A DNA stretch of 32,000 nucleotides from an uncultured Methanosarcinales archaeon. Its GTDB lineage: Archaea; Nanobdellota; Nanobdellia; Woesearchaeales; JANQNQ01. Below, in pieces: positions 26,788 through 32,000 of the stretch; within the stretch, counting starts at the first letter, position 1; each line of letters starts with the position of its first letter. The notes below the pieces were generated by a model. That model was not told the DNA's origin, ran no database searches, and saw only the letters and a program-made list of their open reading frames with translations. Location of the stretch: positions 15,618-47,617 of the forward strand of contig CAZJZJ010000002.1 in the NCBI GenBank assembly GCA_964550525.1, given 5' to 3'. Both the position numbers and the translations under genes were made by a program.

Positions 26788-27909
26788 ATGTACATTGCTG
26801 GCGTTGGAATGACAAAGTTTACCATAAGTAATAAGACTACAATGGATCTAGCTTATGAAGCAGCAGTTGAAGCTTTAGAAGATTCCAACATAAATTATGA
26901 TGATATTGATGCAGTGGTAGTATCTACAGTTGACACTAAATACAATCTTGAGAGGCAGAGACATTATAATTCCTTATTAGCTAGTTTATTCAAAAGAAAG
27001 ATGCCTATTATCCGAACAACTGCTGTATGCGGTGGTGGCGGGCTTGCTTTTTGGCAGGGTTTACGTATGAAATATGATAATGTGCTTGTACTTGCAACAG
27101 ATAAGGTATCTGTGAACAATACCAAAAATATCACAGACGTGATTCTACAAGCTGCAGACCGTATTTGGGAGCAGACAGAAGGTCTTATCTTTCCTGCACA
27201 AAACGCATTAGTAGCACAGCAGCATATGCAGAAATTCGGTACAACCCATGACCAGCTTGCTTTAATCGCCCATAAAAACCATTGTAACGCAGCAATTAAC
27301 CCAAAAGCTCATTTCTATGGCAAGAAGATTGATCTTGATACAATCAAAAACGCACCTGTTGTAGCTTCTCCTTTTACTTTATTCGATTGCAGTATATCTG
27401 TTAACGGAGCTGCTGCTGCTGTTATAACAAACAAAAAAACAGACATAAAAGTTGCAGGCTCAGGTACATGTGTAGACTACTTAGCAACATTTGAACGTGA
27501 AGATATGACAACTTGGAGAGCCACTTTAGAAGCAGCTAGACAAGCATATCAGCAAGCAGGTGTAACTCCTAAAGATGTAGATGTAGCTGAAGTGCATGAC
27601 GCATTTACAATCGTTGAATTAATCGCTTATGAAGACCTAGGTTTTTGCAAAAAAGGTGAAGGCGGTAAGTTTATTGAATCAGGTAAACCATTACTTGATG
27701 GAGAACTACCTGTAAATACAAGCGGCGGATTAAAAGCTAAAGGCCATCCAATATCTCCAACTGGTATGGCACAGATAGTTGAGGTTGTTGAACAGCTTAG
27801 AGGAAAAAGTGGTGATCGTCAGGTTAAAGACGCAAAGATAGGCTTAACTCAGAATATCGGTGGTGCTGGAGGCTCTATTACTGTTAATATTCTTAAGAAG
27901 GTGGATTAA
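26788..27909 (+). CDS. Archaeal/SCP-x-type thiolase (acetyl-CoA acetyltransferase family)
   Basis: Length is 373 aa. It has a nucleophile Cys in TTAVCGGGG, plus HDAFTI, NTSGGLKAKGHPISPTGM and GGAGGS. Confidence 0.88.
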   Translation: MYIAGVGMTKFTISNKTTMDLAYEAAVEALEDSNINYDDIDAVVVSTVDTKYNLERQRHYNSLLASLFKRKMPIIRTTAVCGGGGLAFWQGLRMKYDNVLVLATDKVSVNNTKNITDVILQAADRIWEQTEGLIFPAQNALVAQQHMQKFGTTHDQLALIAHKNHCNAAINPKAHFYGKKIDLDTIKNAPVVASPFTLFDCSISVNGAAAAVITNKKTDIKVAGSGTCVDYLATFEREDMTTWRATLEAARQAYQQAGVTPKDVDVAEVHDAFTIVELIAYEDLGFCKKGEGGKFIESGKPLLDGELPVNTSGGLKAKGHPISPTGMAQIVEVVEQLRGKSGDRQVKDAKIGLTQNIGGAGGSITVNILKKVD

Positions 27910-27910
27910 C

Positions 27911-30091
27911 ATGATTGAAAGATGGGTATGCAAAAAATGTAATAAAAAATGGATCTATCCTGTTGAAAAATGTGTTTATTGTTTTGGTAAGATTGAGAGT
28001 GAAGTAGGTAATAAGATGAAGGTTGTAGGCTTTACTCATGTAAAGATCCCTTCACCTATGCATCCGTTTGTACCTTACAATGTCTTAGTTCTTGAAGATG
28101 AGAACGGCAATAGGATGCCTAAGAAAACAATGAACATGGATTACAAAATCGGGGACGAATTTAAATTCAACACAAGCACAGATCCGCACGCAGTTTCTAT
28201 AGTGAAAATAAAATATAACACAGATCTTGCAGTGAAACAAGCTATAGATTACATCGGCGGGCTAAAGGTTGATAAAGATACAAAGATTATGTTAATACCA
28301 AATATCTTGATGCCAGCAAACTATTATCTTGGTGTTACAACACATCCATTGGTTGTAGCAGCTGTAGTGAAATACCTTGTTGAACATGGCGCTTCTAAAG
28401 ATAATATTGTTGTTGCAGCAAGAGCATTGCCAGGGTTATCTACAGAAAAAGCATTCAAGAAATCAGGTGTAGCTATAACCTGTAAAAAATTAGGACTAAA
28501 GAGCAAACATGTAGAAAAGAGTTCAGGTAAATTTAAGTTTAATATCCCTGAAGAGCTTTTCAATCAAGACCTAATAGTAAATATCCCTGGGTTGAAAACA
28601 CATGCTCAGTTGCAAGTATCAGCTGCTCTAGAAAACATGAGCAGAGTGGTTGACGCAAAAACACTTTACATGATGTACGCAATCAATATCCATGAAGCGA
28701 TTGCACATCTTAACAAGATTGTACCAAAATATTTTACAGTTGCTGATGCTATCAAAGGTATGCATGGTAAAGGCCCTGGTCTTGACGGTGAGCCTGTTTT
28801 CTTTAATTGCGTTACAGCAAGCCACGACCCTGTAGCCCATGATAGAACCTATCAAGAGATGGCAATGTTAAAAGAGCCAGATTACATAAAGATTGCTGCT
28901 AAAGAAGGTGTAGGTGAACGCGACCTAGAAAAAATACCTGATTGCTGCGATGAATTAATGGCATGCAAGATGGAAGTTAAACGTCCTGAAGGTAGCCTAA
29001 GCAACCATCCAACTGTAGAGATTATTGACGGTTTATCCTGTCCAATGGAGGTTGGTATGGTTCAAATGGTTTTAGCAAGATTATTTAAGCATCGAGCTAA
29101 AAAAATCACTGTAGCTGTAGGCAAAGAGCTTACTAAAGAGATGTTTGAAGGTAAAGAGAATATAGTTGCAGTAGGTGATTTAGCTATAAACAAATTAAAA
29201 GAGCTTGGAATAAAAACCATAAAAGATATCCCAGGCAAACCGCCTCAACCTTTAGATGTTGGCGGTACTTTGAAAGAATTACTAGGTGCAGAAAGAAAAG
29301 TTTCTTCTGCGCAAAAAGCTTCTATAGAAGTTAAGCAAGGAGGGATTAAAATGGATCTAAAAGGAAAAGTCGCTTTAGTTACTGGTGCAAGCCAGGGTAT
29401 AGGTAAAGCTATTGCTTTAAAACTAGCTAGCAGAGGTGCTAACATTGTTGTTAATGATATTAAGTCTGCAATAAACAACGCAGTTGTAACTGTAGAAGAG
29501 ATCAAAAAGTTTGGTGTAGATGCAATCTCTGTCGGAGCCAATGTAGCAGATTACAAAGAAGTTGAAGCAATGTATGAAATTGTTAAAGAGAAATTCGGCA
29601 AGGTTGACATAATTGTTAATAATGCAGGAATAACTCGTGATAAAACTCTTAAGAAGATGGATAAGGATATGTGGGAATCAGTTATTGGTGTTAATCTTAC
29701 AGGAATTTATAATGTAAGTAAACTTGGGTTAGAGTTAATCCCTGAAGGAGGCAGAATCATCAGTATTTCTTCAATTGTAGGTCAGAGAGGTAACTTTGGC
29801 CAGACAAATTATTCAGCTTCAAAAGCAGGTATAATCGGATTTACAAGGTCTTTAGCTAAAGAGCTTGGCAAGAAAAAAATTACAGTGAACGCAATTGCTC
29901 CTGGTTTTGTCGAATCAAGAATGACTGCAATGATACCAGAAGAAATGCAAAAGATAATGAAGAGACTAATTGGTTTAGGAAGATTTGCGCAGCCAGAAGA
30001 AGTTGCTAATGTAGTTGCTTTCCTAGCTTCACCAGATGCAGCTTATGTATCCGGCTGCACAGTTAATGTAGATGGTGCAATGTCGCTTTAG
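27911..30091 (+). CDS. Tri-domain fusion: DUF35-like Zn-ribbon/OB fold + DUF362 + 3-oxoacyl reductase (FabG-type SDR)
   Basis: ATG lies 1 nt after the thiolase stop, with AAGGTGGA SD. It contains CKKC..CVYC plus an OB segment, DUF362-like IMLIPNILMP..GVTTHPLVVAAVVKYL and NIPGLKTHAQL, then TGASQGIGKAIA, NNAGI and YSASKAG. An internal GGAGGG precedes ATG 29351. Confidence 0.8.
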   Translation: MIERWVCKKCNKKWIYPVEKCVYCFGKIESEVGNKMKVVGFTHVKIPSPMHPFVPYNVLVLEDENGNRMPKKTMNMDYKIGDEFKFNTSTDPHAVSIVKIKYNTDLAVKQAIDYIGGLKVDKDTKIMLIPNILMPANYYLGVTTHPLVVAAVVKYLVEHGASKDNIVVAARALPGLSTEKAFKKSGVAITCKKLGLKSKHVEKSSGKFKFNIPEELFNQDLIVNIPGLKTHAQLQVSAALENMSRVVDAKTLYMMYAINIHEAIAHLNKIVPKYFTVADAIKGMHGKGPGLDGEPVFFNCVTASHDPVAHDRTYQEMAMLKEPDYIKIAAKEGVGERDLEKIPDCCDELMACKMEVKRPEGSLSNHPTVEIIDGLSCPMEVGMVQMVLARLFKHRAKKITVAVGKELTKEMFEGKENIVAVGDLAINKLKELGIKTIKDIPGKPPQPLDVGGTLKELLGAERKVSSAQKASIEVKQGGIKMDLKGKVALVTGASQGIGKAIALKLASRGANIVVNDIKSAINNAVVTVEEIKKFGVDAISVGANVADYKEVEAMYEIVKEKFGKVDIIVNNAGITRDKTLKKMDKDMWESVIGVNLTGIYNVSKLGLELIPEGGRIISISSIVGQRGNFGQTNYSASKAGIIGFTRSLAKELGKKKITVNAIAPGFVESRMTAMIPEEMQKIMKRLIGLGRFAQPEEVANVVAFLASPDAAYVSGCTVNVDGAMSL

Positions 30092-30106
30092 GAATATTTA
30101 TCTGTA

Positions 30107-30241
30107 GTTTGCTTGTGACCGTCGAAGTCATTGGTTGCTTTGTTTGCGTAGTGTGTTTTTACGGAGCAAACAAGCAACGACGAGACGGAGCTTTGCTGAG
30201 CGTGTTTTGGCGAAGCAAAGCGTAGTAGGGCACAAGCAAAC
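30107..30241. other. 135-nt multi-hairpin element: 14-bp closing helix around two related hairpins (candidate ncRNA, cis-regulatory leader or MITE-like element)
   Basis: GTTTGCTTGTGACC (30107-30120) pairs with GGGCACAAGCAAAC (30228-30241), with 1 mismatch. Hairpin 1 spans 30121-30186 (~19 bp). Hairpin 2 pairs GCTTTGC (30190-30196) with GCAAAGC (30215-30221). Both 18-nt loops contain GTGTTTT. Confidence 0.5.
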
Positions 30242-30255
30242 GATAAAAACAAAAA

Positions 30256-30462
30256 ATGCCAAAATCAATCATAGACAAGGAATATTGTAAAGGTTGCATG
30301 CTTTGTGTAGACGCATGCCCATTGAAGTTGATCAAAGTAAGCAATGAGATGAATAAGAAAGGAGTTAAAATAGCAGAATTCGATGACAAGGAAGGAAAAT
30401 GTACAGGATGCAAGATGTGCGCTACAATGTGCCCTGAAGCTTGTATTGAGATAGAAAAATGA
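30256..30462 (+). CDS. 2x[4Fe-4S] ferredoxin (delta-subunit type of 2-oxoacid:ferredoxin oxidoreductases)
   Basis: CKGCMLCVDACP and CTGCKMCATMCP. Length is 68 aa. ATGA overlap with the next gene. Confidence 0.88.
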   Translation: MPKSIIDKEYCKGCMLCVDACPLKLIKVSNEMNKKGVKIAEFDDKEGKCTGCKMCATMCPEACIEIEK

Positions 30463-31514
30463 CAAAAAAAATCTTAATCAAAGGGAATGATGCAATCGGT
30501 GCAGCAGCTATAGCTGCGCAATGTGATGCGTATTTTGGTTATCCAATTACTCCTCAGAACGAACTTACTGCTTACATGTCTAAGTTTATGTTAGATGAGA
30601 AAAGAGTTTTTGTACAAGCAGAGGCAGAAGTATCAGCAATCAACATGGTATTCGGTGCAAGCGCAGCAGGTAAACGAGTAATGACTTCTTCATCTAGTCC
30701 TGGAATTAGTTTAAAACAAGAAGGTATTTCCTATATTGCAGGTGCAAGATTGCCTTGCGTTATAGTAAACATGCAAAGAGGAGGACCAGGCCTTGGCAAC
30801 ATAAGAGCTTCACAAAGCGATTATTTCCAAGCAACTAAAGGCGGTGGCCACGGAGATTATAAATTAATTGTACTAGCTCCTTCAACTGTCCAGGAATGTT
30901 ATGATTATACTATGATGGCTTTTGATTATTCAGATAAATACAGGGTTCCTGCAATGATACTTGGTGACGGTATTGTAGGCCAGATGATGGAACCTATAGA
31001 ACTTAAACCTTACAAAAAACCTAAACTTCCTGCAAAAGATTGGGCTGTTACTGGTAAAGAAGGTAGAAAAATGAATCTAGTTAGATCACTTTACCTGCAT
31101 CCAGCTCCTGCTTTGAAAGATCACAACATTGTTTTACAGGATACGTATAAAAAAATGAAACAAGAGATAACTCAGCACGAAGAGATTGAAACAGAAGATG
31201 CTGAACTTATTGTTGTATCCTGGGGCATCACTGCGCGTATAGCTAAATCTGCAATCAAACTTGCACGTAAAGATGGTATTAAAGTCGGCATGATTCGTCC
31301 AATCACATTATTCCCTTTCCCAGAGAAAGCAATATCAAAAATTGCTCAAAAAGACAGCACAAAACAATTTCTAGTCATGGAAATGAACTTCGGCCAAATG
31401 CTTGAAGATGTTAAGTTAGCAGTTAACGGCAAGAAACCAGTCAAGTTTTATGGCTGGGGCGGTGGATGGTATCCTACGCCAGAAGAATTGTATGAGGAGA
31501 TCAAGAGACAATGA
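30459..31514 (+). CDS. korA: 2-oxoacid:ferredoxin oxidoreductase alpha subunit (KorA/PorA/VorA family)
   Basis: GNDAIGAAAIAAQCDAYFGYPITPQNE, TSSSSPGISLKQEGISY, and VNMQRGGPGLGNI. Substrate specificity was not determined. Confidence 0.85.
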   Translation: MTKKILIKGNDAIGAAAIAAQCDAYFGYPITPQNELTAYMSKFMLDEKRVFVQAEAEVSAINMVFGASAAGKRVMTSSSSPGISLKQEGISYIAGARLPCVIVNMQRGGPGLGNIRASQSDYFQATKGGGHGDYKLIVLAPSTVQECYDYTMMAFDYSDKYRVPAMILGDGIVGQMMEPIELKPYKKPKLPAKDWAVTGKEGRKMNLVRSLYLHPAPALKDHNIVLQDTYKKMKQEITQHEEIETEDAELIVVSWGITARIAKSAIKLARKDGIKVGMIRPITLFPFPEKAISKIAQKDSTKQFLVMEMNFGQMLEDVKLAVNGKKPVKFYGWGGGWYPTPEELYEEIKRQ

Positions 31515-32000
31515 GCACAGAAGCACAACAAAAATACCAGGAAGCAAGAAAGAAGTTTTTGGAAGCAAGTGTTAGAGAGAGGGTTGATCTTCATCTAGAG
31601 GGTAAGGTGAAAGAAATAAACAAAACTAGGGAAATGGATATGAATAATCCTCCACTAAGTGTGACTACTTTAATGTATTGGCATGGGATCTTGGATGCTA
31701 TACTACAAGTATTTGTGCCTGATTTTTTAGAATATCGTTGTCTTGTAGACCTTGGAAGGATCTATTATAGGCAAGAAGATGTTATTTATCATGATCCTAC
31801 AGGAATAGATTATCAGGATGTAGCAGAGTTTGAACATAGGTATTCATCAGATTGTCCTGATGATATTAGTAATTTTTGTCGTTCACTTAACACTTGTATG
31901 AATCAACTACTTCTTTCTCAAGAAGACACAGAGATATTAAAACAACATTTTGGGTTTGATTTATTTGGCGGATTAGATTTTTCATTAGACCCTAAAAATG
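31511..32000 (+). CDS. Hypothetical protein, 5' part (runs off the window; not in the ORF track)
   Basis: ATG overlaps the korA stop (ATGA). I translated it by hand with no stop to nt 32000 (MSTEAQQKYQEARKKFLEASVRERVDLHLEGK...). It does not resemble a KorB TPP/Fe-S beta subunit. Confidence 0.55.
   Translation, partial: MSTEAQQKYQEARKKFLEASVRERVDLHLEGKVKEINKTREMDMNNPPLSVTTLMYWHGILDAILQVFVPDFLEYRCLVDLGRIYYRQEDVIYHDPTGIDYQDVAEFEHRYSSDCPDDISNFCRSLNTCMNQLLLSQEDTEILKQHFGFDLFGGLDFSLDPKN

Noticed and set aside
27860-27910. Upstream extension of the fusion ORF (track start 27860)
   Set aside because: It overlaps the thiolase C-terminus. The ATG at 27911 has a good AAGGTGGA SD and yields the expected Zn-ribbon N-terminus.
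30159-30465. Minus-strand ORFs 30159..30413 and 30265..30465
   Set aside because: They are antisense to the ferredoxin gene, whose two CxxCxxCxxxCP motifs are unambiguous, and they run into the hairpin element.

Overview
AT-rich archaeal chromosomal segment. Archaeal markers are TFB, Orc1/Cdc6, a Hel308-type helicase tail and a PIN-ATPase-KH protein. Most genes follow GGAGGTG-type Shine-Dalgarno sites; a few look leaderless behind TATA-like boxes. All family assignments come from motifs read in the translations, not from database searches. The left part is housekeeping (guaB, purA, tfb, an AsnB-like/Dph6-like PP-loop fusion, cdc6, serS). It is interrupted at about 6.95-8.48 kb by an atypical 1.5-kb patch. 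That patch holds a G+C-rich island (about 58% by hand count) full of repeats and long-range helices, three tiny SD-led ORFs, and a partial copy of a tRNA 5' half. It also holds an intron-containing tRNA with class-II (Ser-like) shape but a GAC anticodon loop, and a duplicated TATA-like module. The right half (17.7-31.5 kb) is an acyl-CoA/lipid-type neighbourhood. It contains acyl-CoA carboxylase (carboxyltransferase, BCCP, and a biotin carboxylase with unexplained N- and C-terminal extensions), an HD hydrolase inside that operon, BirA and a hotdog thioesterase. It continues with a FabZ-type dehydratase, a thiolase, and one 726-aa ORF fusing DUF35 + DUF362 + FabG. After that come a 135-nt multi-hairpin element and a ferredoxin plus 2-oxoacid:ferredoxin oxidoreductase alpha pair with no beta subunit. 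No ACP, KAS or enoyl reductase is visible. The best candidate for an undescribed system is therefore an ACP-independent elongation module centred on the DUF35-DUF362-FabG fusion. Several orphan proteins are also present (a DUF6569/ARPP-1-like protein, a 507-aa coiled-coil protein with a C-terminal HTH, and ORFs of 311, 159 and 123 aa). No CRISPR array, rRNA or transposase was seen.
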